A stretch of DNA of 64,000 nucleotides from an uncultured SAR86 cluster bacterium (GTDB lineage: Bacteria; Pseudomonadota; Gammaproteobacteria; Magnimaribacterales; D2472). Where the stretch lies: contig CACOLO010000003.1 of NCBI GenBank assembly GCA_902628085.1, positions 1,476 through 65,475 on the forward strand, written 5' to 3'. The position numbers and the translations under genes are program-made. Below, one piece after another: positions 9,995 through 19,044 of this stretch (position 1 is its first letter; every line of letters starts with the position of its first letter). A model generated the notes under the pieces. It had not been told where the DNA came from, searched no databases, and saw nothing but the letters and a program-made list of their open reading frames with translations.

Positions 9995-10552
9995 TTAGAC
10001 AACTTGTGACAAAAGATCAATATCATTTGTTTCTGAGACATCTGGAAGATCTGGTAACTCACTAATACTTTTTAAGTTCAAATCATCAAGAAAATCTTTT
10101 GTAGTGACATATAATGCAGGTCTTCCAGGCACTTCTCTATACCCAGATAATTTTATCCAATTTCTCTCAAGAAGAGATCTTATTATTTTTGTGCTGACTG
10201 TTACTCCTCTTATATCTTCAATATCTCCTCTTGTCACAGGTTGTTTGTAAGCAATGATAGATATTGTTTCCATCAAAGCTTTGGATGACCTTGGCGACTT
10301 ATCATTCCAGAGGTGGCTAAGTGAGGTACTATGACGATCTTTGATTTGCAATCTGTAGCCAGAAGCAACTTCTTTAATTTCAAGTGACGTCTCAACATAT
10401 CTTTTTTCAAGAGCATTCAGTGATTTTTTTATATCAGATAATTCAACACTTAAACCATCGCTAGCTAAAATTGATCTCACTTCTGACATTCGAACTGGTC
10501 TGCCAGCACCAAGCAAGATTGCCTCTATCGTATTTATAATATTATTATCCAA
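9995..10552 (-). CDS. scpB: Segregation and condensation protein B
   Basis: 185 aa with tandem winged-helix blocks (EAILLGAGRPV..., QPVTRGDIEDIRGV). Located directly after scpA. Confidence 0.85.
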   Translation of the reverse strand: MDNNIINTIEAILLGAGRPVRMSEVRSILASDGLSVELSDIKKSLNALEKRYVETSLEIKEVASGYRLQIKDRHSTSLSHLWNDKSPRSSKALMETISIIAYKQPVTRGDIEDIRGVTVSTKIIRSLLERNWIKLSGYREVPGRPALYVTTKDFLDDLNLKSISELPDLPDVSETNDIDLLSQVV

Positions 10553-10553
10553 A

Positions 10554-11345
10554 TTAAATACCCTTTGATTTTAAAAATAGCTCACTGCTTTTATTTTGAA
10601 TAAGCTCAAGATAGCCATCTTTGGCTAATTCGAGAGAAGCTAAAAGAGTTACAACAACACCCTTTTTACCCTCATTTTTCTGAAGTGTTTTAGAAAAAGT
10701 TATGATATTTCTTTTTGATAGAATTTTTAGTAAAATTTGTATCCTTTCTTGAGTCGAAAGTTCTTCAAAATCAATTAAATGATTTGTTTTATAATTTGGT
10801 CTGTTAAGAACTTCTTTAATAGTATCTCTTACTTCATCAATTGAAATCTTTAATTCATTTTTTGTTTCAATTTTCAATTCTGGATGTTGAGCAGATGCTA
10901 CATAAATATCCCTATCTACCATTGGCATTATTGCAATATTTTCAGAAACTGTTTTAAATCTTTGATATTCTTGTAACCTCTTTATTAAGTTAGCTCTTGG
11001 ATCATCCTCTTCGTCCTCAAAAGAATCTTTTGGCAGCATTAGCCTTGACTTAATCTCAGCTAGAGTAGCAGCCATAACTAGATAATCTGCTGCAAGCTCA
11101 AATTTAAAAGCATCAATCATCTCGATGTATTCAAGGTATTGATCGGTTATTTTTGAAATATCTAAATCTAAAATATTAATATTTTCTTTTCTTATTAGGT
11201 AAAGCAAGAGGTCGAGAGGACCAGAAAAAGTTTCTAAACAAATTTCAAGTGCATTTGGCGGTATGAAAAGATCATCAGGTAGCTTTTCGAACTTCTCGCC
11301 CATGTATGTAGGAAGCTCTAATTGTGCAATATTATTGTCTAGCAT
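10554..11345 (-). CDS. scpA: Segregation and condensation protein A (kleisin)
   Basis: Contains FSGPLDLLLYLIRKENINILDLDI. The ORF-track start at 11459 adds 38 hydrophobic, low-complexity codons with no family resemblance. I prefer the internal ATG at 11345 (MLDNNIAQLELP...). Confidence 0.8.
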   Translation of the reverse strand: MLDNNIAQLELPTYMGEKFEKLPDDLFIPPNALEICLETFSGPLDLLLYLIRKENINILDLDISKITDQYLEYIEMIDAFKFELAADYLVMAATLAEIKSRLMLPKDSFEDEEDDPRANLIKRLQEYQRFKTVSENIAIMPMVDRDIYVASAQHPELKIETKNELKISIDEVRDTIKEVLNRPNYKTNHLIDFEELSTQERIQILLKILSKRNIITFSKTLQKNEGKKGVVVTLLASLELAKDGYLELIQNKSSELFLKSKGI

Positions 11346-11514
11346 ATAAAACACTACATAGTGTAATAAAGTGTCTATTTTAATACAATATATTGTGTTT
11401 TTACTATAAATACCATGTTTTATATATATTAAATATAAAAGAAAATTAAACAAAATCATTCAATTTCAAACGCTTTCATTTAATAATAGACATCCATTTT
11501 TTGATTTTTTATAA

Positions 11515-12567
11515 ATGAATTACTCGACTGACAACACAAGAATTATTGATAGAAGGAAAGTTCCTGCTCCATACGAACTTGTAAATAAACATCCAATTGA
11601 CGATCAAATCGCAAAGTTAGTCTATGGAACTAGAAATGAAGTTAGTCAAATATTACATGATAAAGACGATAGAGTTTTTGTTGTAGTTGGTCCATGCTCC
11701 ATACATGATCCAGAAAGTGCGCTTGAATATGCTCAAAGGTTAGTTACTGAAAGTCAAAAATATAGTGAAAATCTCCTTATTATAATGAGAGTATATTTTG
11801 AGAAACCAAGAACAACAGTTGGATGGAAAGGTCTCATTAATGATCCGGATATTAATGAAACATTCAATATATCAAAAGGTATTGAAATGGCCAGAAAGCT
11901 TCTCATAGATATTGCAAAATTGGGTCTGCCGGCGGGAACTGAATTTCTTGATCCAATTTCTCCTCAGTATGTAACAGATGTCATATCATGGGGAGCCATA
12001 GGAGCAAGAACAGCTGAGAGTCAAATTCATAGAGAGCTTGCCTCAGGTTTATCTTGTCCCGTTGGAATTAAAAATGGTACAACTGGTGGTCTTAAAGTTG
12101 CAATTGATGGAATTCAAGCTGCTAATCACTCACATGTATTCCTTGGAGCAACAAAAGAATCTGACATCGCTATGTTAAAAACAGCTGGGAACAATGATGT
12201 TCATATCATTCTTAGGGGTGGTAAGTTACCAAATTATGATAAGGAATCAGTTGAAAGTACTTTAACTGCTCTTAAAGAAGCTGAAGTAAATGAATCAATA
12301 ATGATTGATGCGAGTCATGGAAATAGCCAGAAAAAATTTAAACAACAAATACCGGTTATTCAATCAATTTCAGAACAAATTGGAGAAGGAAATGAAAATA
12401 TTAAAGGTGTAATGATTGAGAGCCATTTGAATGAGGGTAATCAAAAAATAGGAGAAAGTTTAAATTATGGTCAGAGTATTACAGATGCCTGTATGGGCTG
12501 GGAAGATACCATATCTTGTCTTAATATGCTTAATCAAGCGGTTTTAACTAGGAGAGGCAGTAAGTAA
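11515..12567 (+). CDS. 3-deoxy-7-phosphoheptulonate (DAHP) synthase, class I (AroF/G/H type)
   Basis: 350 aa. Contains VVGPCSIHD, EKPRTTVGWKGLINDP and IMIDASHGNS. I cannot assign the isoenzyme or its feedback type. Confidence 0.92.
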   Translation: MNYSTDNTRIIDRRKVPAPYELVNKHPIDDQIAKLVYGTRNEVSQILHDKDDRVFVVVGPCSIHDPESALEYAQRLVTESQKYSENLLIIMRVYFEKPRTTVGWKGLINDPDINETFNISKGIEMARKLLIDIAKLGLPAGTEFLDPISPQYVTDVISWGAIGARTAESQIHRELASGLSCPVGIKNGTTGGLKVAIDGIQAANHSHVFLGATKESDIAMLKTAGNNDVHIILRGGKLPNYDKESVESTLTALKEAEVNESIMIDASHGNSQKKFKQQIPVIQSISEQIGEGNENIKGVMIESHLNEGNQKIGESLNYGQSITDACMGWEDTISCLNMLNQAVLTRRGSK

Positions 12568-13359
12568 TTGAAAAAAATAAAAATATCTTTTTCAAGAGAA
12601 GTTGCTGAAACTCTAGGACTTGAATCTGCTGTTATTCTCGAGCTATTTAATCAAAATCTTTTAGATAATTCATCTTATGACGATTTAGTATTATCAATTA
12701 ATGAAAACGCTAATTATTTAGATGATGGAAAAATCGAATCATCAATTGATAAGCTACTGAGATATGATTTTATAAAAATTAAAAATACTTCAACTGGTGC
12801 TAATTTTTCTGTAAAAGCAGCATCAAAAGATAATAATTCAAAAAGAATTAGTAATGATTGGATGCCGTCTCATGAAACACTTGAAATTATTGATATGGCA
12901 AAAATACCAAGCGAATTTTTAAATCTAAAGATAAAAGAATTTAAAATATATTGGATAGAGAGAGGTCAACAAAAAAATAATTGGAACTCAACGTTCATAG
13001 ACTTTTTAAGAAGAGAGTGGTCAAAAGAGGTAAATTCAAATAAAACAACGCCTTATGTATTAGACGAAAGTTGGTTTCCAGACGATGATGTATTTGATAT
13101 TCTCAATCTGTCTGAAATAACTAAAGATTCTGCGTTAAAATATCTGAGAGAGTTTATTCTCTATTGGAAGGATAAAGGCTCAGCTTTTACAACATGGAAC
13201 TCTAAATTTATTGATCATGTCAAAAGGCGCTACATGATGGATAATGAAATAGGTGATAATGAAGAAAATAAAAAATATTCTGAACCAGGGAAATATACGC
13301 AAGACTTCAAATCTAGAAAAAATGACAGCAATTGGGCAAACGAAATCAACCTCGACTAA
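12568..13359 (+). CDS. Protein with an N-terminal wHTH-like region and two tandem DnaT-like (ssDNA-binding C-terminal domain) repeats
   Basis: TTG start immediately after the DAHP synthase stop; the first ATG is codon 99. Both repeats follow the pattern DW.P....(I/L)......I...........EF..YW...G.....W.S.FI..(L/V).R. That matches my memory of the E. coli DnaT C-terminus (YPDWQPD...FIAYWQAEGK...WQQKL). Confidence 0.6.
   Translation: MKKIKISFSREVAETLGLESAVILELFNQNLLDNSSYDDLVLSINENANYLDDGKIESSIDKLLRYDFIKIKNTSTGANFSVKAASKDNNSKRISNDWMPSHETLEIIDMAKIPSEFLNLKIKEFKIYWIERGQQKNNWNSTFIDFLRREWSKEVNSNKTTPYVLDESWFPDDDVFDILNLSEITKDSALKYLREFILYWKDKGSAFTTWNSKFIDHVKRRYMMDNEIGDNEENKKYSEPGKYTQDFKSRKNDSNWANEINLD
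12856..13236 (+). repeat. Internal protein-level duplication (two ~56-aa DnaT-like modules, aa 97-152 and 168-223)
   Basis: NDWMPSHETLEIIDMAKIPSEFLNLKIKEFKIYWIERGQQKNNWNSTFIDFLRREW aligns by eye with ESWFPDDDVFDILNLSEITKDSALKYLREFILYWKDKGSAFTTWNSKFIDHVKRRY. Confidence 0.7.
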
Positions 13360-13903
13360 AGAGGAATATATCGAATCAATCGATGCTTTGTTTTTAAAGC
13401 TTGAGCTTGCATATCACTATCAGTTTTACAAAGTCTTTGGCACTGACGAAAAACTTAAAGAAGGCAAAAAGCTTTGGGCAGTAACTTTAAAAAATGAAAC
13501 TCCCGCAGTAATTCTTGAGGCTGTAGAAAATGTAATTGCATCGCAATCTTATTTACCTACACTAACCGACCTTATGAAAGCCTGTAAGGAAATTAATAAA
13601 AAGGATGGCTTTCCATCTGCTGAAGAAGCATATATTGAAGCTCGAAAATCATATCAGCCGAGAGCTGAATTTGAATGGTCTCATCCTATTGTTTATTTTG
13701 CTGGTAAAAAAATTGGTTGGAATAATCTAAATGAAAAAGACTCAAGCGAAAATTTGAAAACTTTTAAAAAAATATTTAATAATCTTAAAAATGATGCAAT
13801 CAATGGCAAAAAGTTTGAAATTAAAGATAATACCCTTCTTGATGCAAGAAAACCGCTAAATAAAAGCCTATTTAATAAGTTAAGAAAAAAACATAAAGTT
13901 TAA
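13322..13903 (+). CDS. Phage lambda replication protein P-like protein
   Basis: Aligned by eye with lambda P from memory: W..(L/F)......(T/P)...(V/I)......., (Y/F)LP(T/S)...(L/F)...C.E, (F/L)P...E and WSHP..Y. I prefer the ATG at 13322 (MTAIGQT...), which overlaps the upstream gene by 38 nt, over the ORF-track start at 13253, which overlaps by 107 nt. Confidence 0.55.
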   Translation: MTAIGQTKSTSTKEEYIESIDALFLKLELAYHYQFYKVFGTDEKLKEGKKLWAVTLKNETPAVILEAVENVIASQSYLPTLTDLMKACKEINKKDGFPSAEEAYIEARKSYQPRAEFEWSHPIVYFAGKKIGWNNLNEKDSSENLKTFKKIFNNLKNDAINGKKFEIKDNTLLDARKPLNKSLFNKLRKKHKV

Positions 13904-13945
13904 AAATATTAATATTTAAAATTAAAAAAGTTAGATTCGAATAGA

Positions 13946-14824
13946 ATGGAATTAACAAAAAATATAAGAATTTCTCTATATATACTGATACCGATATTGT
14001 TGTGGATGATATCTGGTTTTTTTAAAAATAATGATTTGCAAGAACCAATACCTTCTTCTGATTTATTTAACGTTCAAACAGTATTTAGTGTTGCAGAGGA
14101 ATATCAACCTTATATCAAACTAAAAGCTTCAACAAAATCTGAGAAAAGAATCAATGTTAAAGCAAAAACATCTGGCGAAGTTGTAATGATTGGGGCTGTT
14201 CAGGGTGAATTTATTGAAAAGGATACTGTTTTGTGTAGCTTAGGAGTTGTTGAATTAAATAGAACAGAGGTAAAGGCTCCATTCTCTGGTTTTATAGAAG
14301 AAATAGTGAAGCCTGGTAATTTTTTGGAAAGAGGTCAGGTATGTTCAACCATAATACAACTGGATCCAATATCTGTAGTTGCCGGAGTGCCAGAATATGA
14401 CATAAATAAAGTTAGAATTAATCAAAGGGTGTTTGTTGAATTAGTTACTGGTCAAAATATTGAGGGAGAACTAACATTCGTTTCAAAAAGCGCCTCACCA
14501 GACACGAGAACATTTAGTGTAGAGTCACAAATTAAAAATCCTGATGGAATAATTAAAGATGGCCTAACGGCTGAAATTAGTATTGAAATAGATAAGGTTA
14601 AAGCTCATAAAATCTCTCCTTCCATTCTTCTTTTAAATGATGAAGGAAAACTTGGCATAAGAATCGTTAATAATAAAAATATTGCATTATTTGTTGAAAT
14701 TGAAATCCTTGAGGATTCAGAAGAGGGTTTATGGGTGACTGGTATTCCCAATGAAGTTGAAATAATAATTCAAGGGCAAGGTTTTGTCGAAGATGGTCAA
14801 GAAGTCATTACCAACCGTATATGA
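13946..14824 (+). CDS. RND efflux periplasmic adaptor (membrane fusion protein)
   Basis: 292 aa with an N-terminal TM anchor and lipoyl/beta-barrel-like blocks (VKAPFSGFIEEI, ...VAGVPE). It shows a 4-nt ATGA-type overlap with the RND permease gene. Confidence 0.75.
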   Translation: MELTKNIRISLYILIPILLWMISGFFKNNDLQEPIPSSDLFNVQTVFSVAEEYQPYIKLKASTKSEKRINVKAKTSGEVVMIGAVQGEFIEKDTVLCSLGVVELNRTEVKAPFSGFIEEIVKPGNFLERGQVCSTIIQLDPISVVAGVPEYDINKVRINQRVFVELVTGQNIEGELTFVSKSASPDTRTFSVESQIKNPDGIIKDGLTAEISIEIDKVKAHKISPSILLLNDEGKLGIRIVNNKNIALFVEIEILEDSEEGLWVTGIPNEVEIIIQGQGFVEDGQEVITNRI

Positions 14825-17800
14825 CAAAGATAATTGACTTTGCAATAAAAAAAGCAAAAACAACTCTTTTAATTGCCTTCATGGTAATTATTGCGGGAAC
14901 CTATTCAAGGCAGGAAATACCGATAGCAGCATCACCAAATGTTCAGTTACCTTTTATTACAGTATCTGTTTTTCTTGATGGAGCCTCTCCTAGTGATACA
15001 TCAAGATTAATTGCAAGACCTCTTGAGAATAGACTAAAAACAATAACTGGTGTTGAAAGCATAAGGTCCACCAGCTATTTAAGTTATGCCAGAGTATTCC
15101 TTGAATTTGAAGTTGGTTTTGATATTGATAAAGCTTTAGTTGATGTAAAGCAGGGAGTTGAAGAAATAAAATATCAACTTCCACTTGAGGCAGAAGATCC
15201 TCAAATTCAAGAGTATAGCGAAGCTAGCTTTCCTGTAATGAATATAAGTATCGTTGGAGGAAGTTCTGTTAGACAAAAGGTTTTTTATGCTAGAGAGCTC
15301 AAAGATATGATTGAGCCAATTGAGCAGATCCTTGAAGTCAGAATGACTGGAGCTCCTGAAGAAGTTCTTGAGGGAGTCATAGACAAAGCAAAAATGGAAT
15401 CTTATGGAGTTACCTTATCAGATATTTATTACTCAGTTTCAAATAATAATTTGATAATACCAGGTGGTAAACAGGATACAGGAAGAGGAAGTTTTAATAT
15501 TGAGGTTCCAAGTATTATTGAGTCTGCTAAAGATGTTTATGCGATTCCAGTAAAAGTAACAAAAGACGCAATAGTAACTCTCGGAGATATTGCGACTATA
15601 AAGAGAACATTTAAAGACTTCACGTCCTATGCAAGAGTTAACGGTGAAGATGCCGTGACATTAGAAATTTCTCTAAGAGAAAGTGCAAATGCTATTGATG
15701 CTTCAAATGCTATCAGAGACATACTATATGATTTTGAAAAAACTCTTCCGAGCAATTTAAATATTGTTGTCTCTAATGACGACACCATATATGCGAATTT
15801 AATGGTTAAAGAACTCAATGGCAATATTATCGCTGCAGTAGTTCTGATAATGGTTCTTGTGATAGCAAGTATGGGAACAAGAGTTTCTATGCTTGTTGGT
15901 CTTTCTATTCCATTTTGTTTTTTGATGACATATTTAATTTTATATACCCTTGATATGGAAGTTAATTTCCTAGTAATGATGGGGTTATTACTTGGAATGG
16001 GTATGCTTATCGATGGTTCAATTGTAATAACTGAATATGCTGATAAAAAAATAGCAGAAGGCCTTTCACGAGTTGAAGGATACACCCTAGCTTCTAAAAG
16101 AATGTTCTACCCGATAATCGCATCAACAGGAACGACACTTGCAGCCTTCATTCCGATGATGTTTTGGCCTGGTTTTACTGGTCAATTTATGAAGTATCTT
16201 CCCATAACTATTTTCTTTGTTTTATCAGCATCCTTATTCTATTCATTAATAGTGATTCCAGTTCTTGGTGCATATTTTGGACAAAAAGAATCTGCTTTGA
16301 ATAGTGGTGAAGGTAATACATCAGTATTTGTTCGCCTCACTGAATGGTATGGAAAATACATAAAACGATTTGTAAGAAATCCTATCGAAACTGTTACAGC
16401 AGTCATATCTTTGTTACTTGTTATAATTTTGAGTTATTCAATTTCTGGCATGGGAACGATTTACTTTGCAATTGTCGATCCCATTCAAGCCAATGTCACT
16501 ATAAAAGCTAGAGGCAACTTCTCTGCACTTGAAACAAAAGAAATTATTGAACAAGTTGAAGAGAGATTTTTAAAGGTTGAAGGTATAAAAAATGTTTATT
16601 TAAGGTCTGGTTCAAATTGGTGGGAATCAGGATCGGATAGAGTTGGGGGTGGATTTATTGAAACCCTAGAACCTTCTCAAACGAAAATCTCTGGTTTTGA
16701 AATTATGGATCTCTTAAAAGAATCTACTAACGATCTGCCAGGTATCACAGTTGAAATTGAAGCAGATGAAGGAGGTCCGTCTTTTGATTCGCCTATTGAA
16801 ATAGATATATTTGGAGATACTGAAGAACAGGTAAATGAAGCTGTGACAAAAATCGAAAATCATATGCGCAATAATATGAGTGGTTTAAATAACATATTTT
16901 CCTCAAAAGCATATCCTTCAGTTGAGTGGAGTGTGGAAGTAGACAAACAAAAAGCTGCACAGTTAGGTGTCAGTGTTAGTGATGTAGGTGCCTTGGTTCA
17001 GATGCTAACTTCAGGATTTAAAGTTGGTGAATATAGGCCTGATGACGCAAAAGACGAGGTAGAGATTAGAGCAAGATTTCCTGATTCTGACAGAACAATA
17101 ACTGGTATAAGAGATTTAAATGTTGTAACAAGACAAGGAACAGTTCCAGTAAGTTCTTTTGTTCAGGTCGTTCCAAAAGAAAATCGTCAAACTGTTAATC
17201 GTAAAAATGGTAAGTACTTTCAAGAAATAGGAGCTGGCACCGATGATGAATCAAAAGTTTCAGAAAAAATTAATGAGCTAAGTTTTTGGTTAGAGTCAAT
17301 AGATCTTGGTCCTGGAATTAGTTATAAGTTTAGTGGGATGGCTGAAGAAACTGAGGACGTTAACAGGTTTATAGTTATTGCGGGCATAACAGCTATATTT
17401 ATGATGCTTTTAATGTTAATTACTCAATTCAATAGTTTTTATCAATCTTTTATTATATTGTCGGCTGTCACAATTTCCTTTGTTGGTGTGTTACTTGGAT
17501 TACTTATTACGGGTAAATCATTTAGCACTACAATGACTGGAATATCTATTGTTACACTTGCAGGAATTGTAGTTAATAACAACATAGTTTTGATTGATAC
17601 ATTTAATAAACTCAGAGAAGAAGCACCTCAGGTAGAACAAGCTGTGCATATTATTAACGCTTGCAAACAAAGGCTTCGGCCAATTATATTGACATCACTT
17701 ACAACTATTTTTGGCTTACTTCCTCTTGCTATGGGAGTTAGTTTGGACATTATATCCAGAGATATTGTCATTGGAAGTAGAGTTGTTGACTGGTGGTCAA

Positions 17801-17943
17801 ACTTGGCTGTATCAATAGTATGGGGTCTTGGTTTTAGTACATTTATGACTTTAATATTAACTCCTGCAGTCCTCTCGCTTCCATATGCTTTAAGAAATGA
17901 ATATAAAAAATTCTTCAAAATTGAAGCTAATGACTTACAATAA
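14821..17943 (+). CDS. RND family efflux permease (AcrB/AcrD/AcrF superfamily)
   Basis: 1040 aa. Two large periplasmic loops and 12 TM segments arranged as an internal duplication. Contains the block LGMGMLIDGSIVITE. Confidence 0.9.
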   Translation: MTKIIDFAIKKAKTTLLIAFMVIIAGTYSRQEIPIAASPNVQLPFITVSVFLDGASPSDTSRLIARPLENRLKTITGVESIRSTSYLSYARVFLEFEVGFDIDKALVDVKQGVEEIKYQLPLEAEDPQIQEYSEASFPVMNISIVGGSSVRQKVFYARELKDMIEPIEQILEVRMTGAPEEVLEGVIDKAKMESYGVTLSDIYYSVSNNNLIIPGGKQDTGRGSFNIEVPSIIESAKDVYAIPVKVTKDAIVTLGDIATIKRTFKDFTSYARVNGEDAVTLEISLRESANAIDASNAIRDILYDFEKTLPSNLNIVVSNDDTIYANLMVKELNGNIIAAVVLIMVLVIASMGTRVSMLVGLSIPFCFLMTYLILYTLDMEVNFLVMMGLLLGMGMLIDGSIVITEYADKKIAEGLSRVEGYTLASKRMFYPIIASTGTTLAAFIPMMFWPGFTGQFMKYLPITIFFVLSASLFYSLIVIPVLGAYFGQKESALNSGEGNTSVFVRLTEWYGKYIKRFVRNPIETVTAVISLLLVIILSYSISGMGTIYFAIVDPIQANVTIKARGNFSALETKEIIEQVEERFLKVEGIKNVYLRSGSNWWESGSDRVGGGFIETLEPSQTKISGFEIMDLLKESTNDLPGITVEIEADEGGPSFDSPIEIDIFGDTEEQVNEAVTKIENHMRNNMSGLNNIFSSKAYPSVEWSVEVDKQKAAQLGVSVSDVGALVQMLTSGFKVGEYRPDDAKDEVEIRARFPDSDRTITGIRDLNVVTRQGTVPVSSFVQVVPKENRQTVNRKNGKYFQEIGAGTDDESKVSEKINELSFWLESIDLGPGISYKFSGMAEETEDVNRFIVIAGITAIFMMLLMLITQFNSFYQSFIILSAVTISFVGVLLGLLITGKSFSTTMTGISIVTLAGIVVNNNIVLIDTFNKLREEAPQVEQAVHIINACKQRLRPIILTSLTTIFGLLPLAMGVSLDIISRDIVIGSRVVDWWSNLAVSIVWGLGFSTFMTLILTPAVLSLPYALRNEYKKFFKIEANDLQ

Positions 17944-17946
17944 ATT

Positions 17947-18168
17947 ATGGCAAATTCAGATAAAAAAGTAGATTTTGAAGCATCTTTAAAAGAACTTGAG
18001 TCTATAGTGACAAAATTAGAAGATGAGAATATTAGTCTTGAAGATTCTGTGAAGTCCTTTGAAGAAGGTGTTAACCTTGTTAAGGAATGTCAAAAACAAT
18101 TACAAAAAGCTGAATTAAAGATTAAAAAGTTATTAGATGACGGTTCTTCAACCGAAGTTAATAACTGA
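17947..18168 (+). CDS. xseB: Exodeoxyribonuclease VII small subunit
   Basis: 73 aa, FEASLKELESIVTKLE...L.ES...FEEG. Part of the canonical xseB-ispA-dxs order. Confidence 0.9.
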   Translation: MANSDKKVDFEASLKELESIVTKLEDENISLEDSVKSFEEGVNLVKECQKQLQKAELKIKKLLDDGSSTEVNN

Positions 18169-18176
18169 AACAAATC

Positions 18177-19043
18177 ATGCTCAATCATTTTTTGTCTCAA
18201 GTTAGAGATCAGGTCTCTAAAAATATTGAATTTGTAATTGGAAATTCAAACCATATCGAGGAAGCAATGAATTACTCAGCCCTGAGTGAGAGTAAAATGA
18301 TTAGAGCTGCTCTAATTTTTGCCTCTGCAGATACACACAATTTTTTGAAAAATGAAAGTAAAGTTACTCTAGCGACCTCTGTTGAATTAATTCACACATA
18401 CTCACTCATTCATGATGATCTTCCTGCAATGGATAATGATGATTTTAGAAGAGGCAAAAAATCAAATCATATTGTTTTTGGTGAAGCTGATGCAATTCTT
18501 GCAGGTGATGCACTGCAAGCACTCGCATATGAAATTATTGCAGACGATAATAATTTAAGTGGTGAGTCAAAAATTATGGCCATTAAATTGCTATCTAATG
18601 CATGTGGTAAAAATGGTATGGTCCTTGGACAACATCTAGATATAAAAAGTGAATCGAAAGATATTTCACAAATGGAAATTGAAAATATACATTCTTTAAA
18701 AACTGGTAAATTGATAGAATGTGCTGTGATGCTTGGTCAGCTAGAAAACACATCATCAAATGAAAAAATTTTTAAATCATTTGGAAGAAATATTGGGCTT
18801 GCTTTTCAGATAATAGATGACTACCTAGAAGCAACTTCAAGTAGCAAAAAATTAGGAAAAGATATCAATTCTGATCATAAGAATAAAAAATCTACTTTCA
18901 TTAATGTTGTTGGTGTTGATAAATCACTAGAGAGATCAGAAGAATTAGCAAAAACAGCCATCGATGAAATAAATGATGAAAAAATTTCTAATTCAGAAAT
19001 GCTGATAGAATTAGCTCGTTACATTACAAAAAGAGAAAAATAA
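18177..19043 (+). CDS. ispA: (2E,6E)-farnesyl diphosphate synthase
   Basis: First Asp-rich motif IHDDLPAMDNDDFRRGK and second motif FQIIDDYLE. Confidence 0.9.
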   Translation: MLNHFLSQVRDQVSKNIEFVIGNSNHIEEAMNYSALSESKMIRAALIFASADTHNFLKNESKVTLATSVELIHTYSLIHDDLPAMDNDDFRRGKKSNHIVFGEADAILAGDALQALAYEIIADDNNLSGESKIMAIKLLSNACGKNGMVLGQHLDIKSESKDISQMEIENIHSLKTGKLIECAVMLGQLENTSSNEKIFKSFGRNIGLAFQIIDDYLEATSSSKKLGKDINSDHKNKKSTFINVVGVDKSLERSEELAKTAIDEINDEKISNSEMLIELARYITKREK

Positions 19044-19044
19044 G

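Noticed and set aside
11346-11459. 38-codon N-terminal extension of scpA in the ORF track
   Set aside because: The sequence (MILFNFLLYLIYIKHGIYSKNTIYCIKIDTLLHYVVFY) looks like translated AT-rich promoter DNA. ScpA similarity starts after the internal ATG at 11345. The region is more plausibly the scpA/DAHP-synthase divergent promoter.
15627-16085. 152-aa antisense ORF inside the RND permease gene, and a 148-aa antisense ORF (55776-56222) inside the SDR gene
   Set aside because: They are long for an AT-rich genome, but they fall entirely within conserved coding regions on the other strand, have no start context or motif, and have a composition typical of the antisense of membrane or Rossmann genes. 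There is no independent support.
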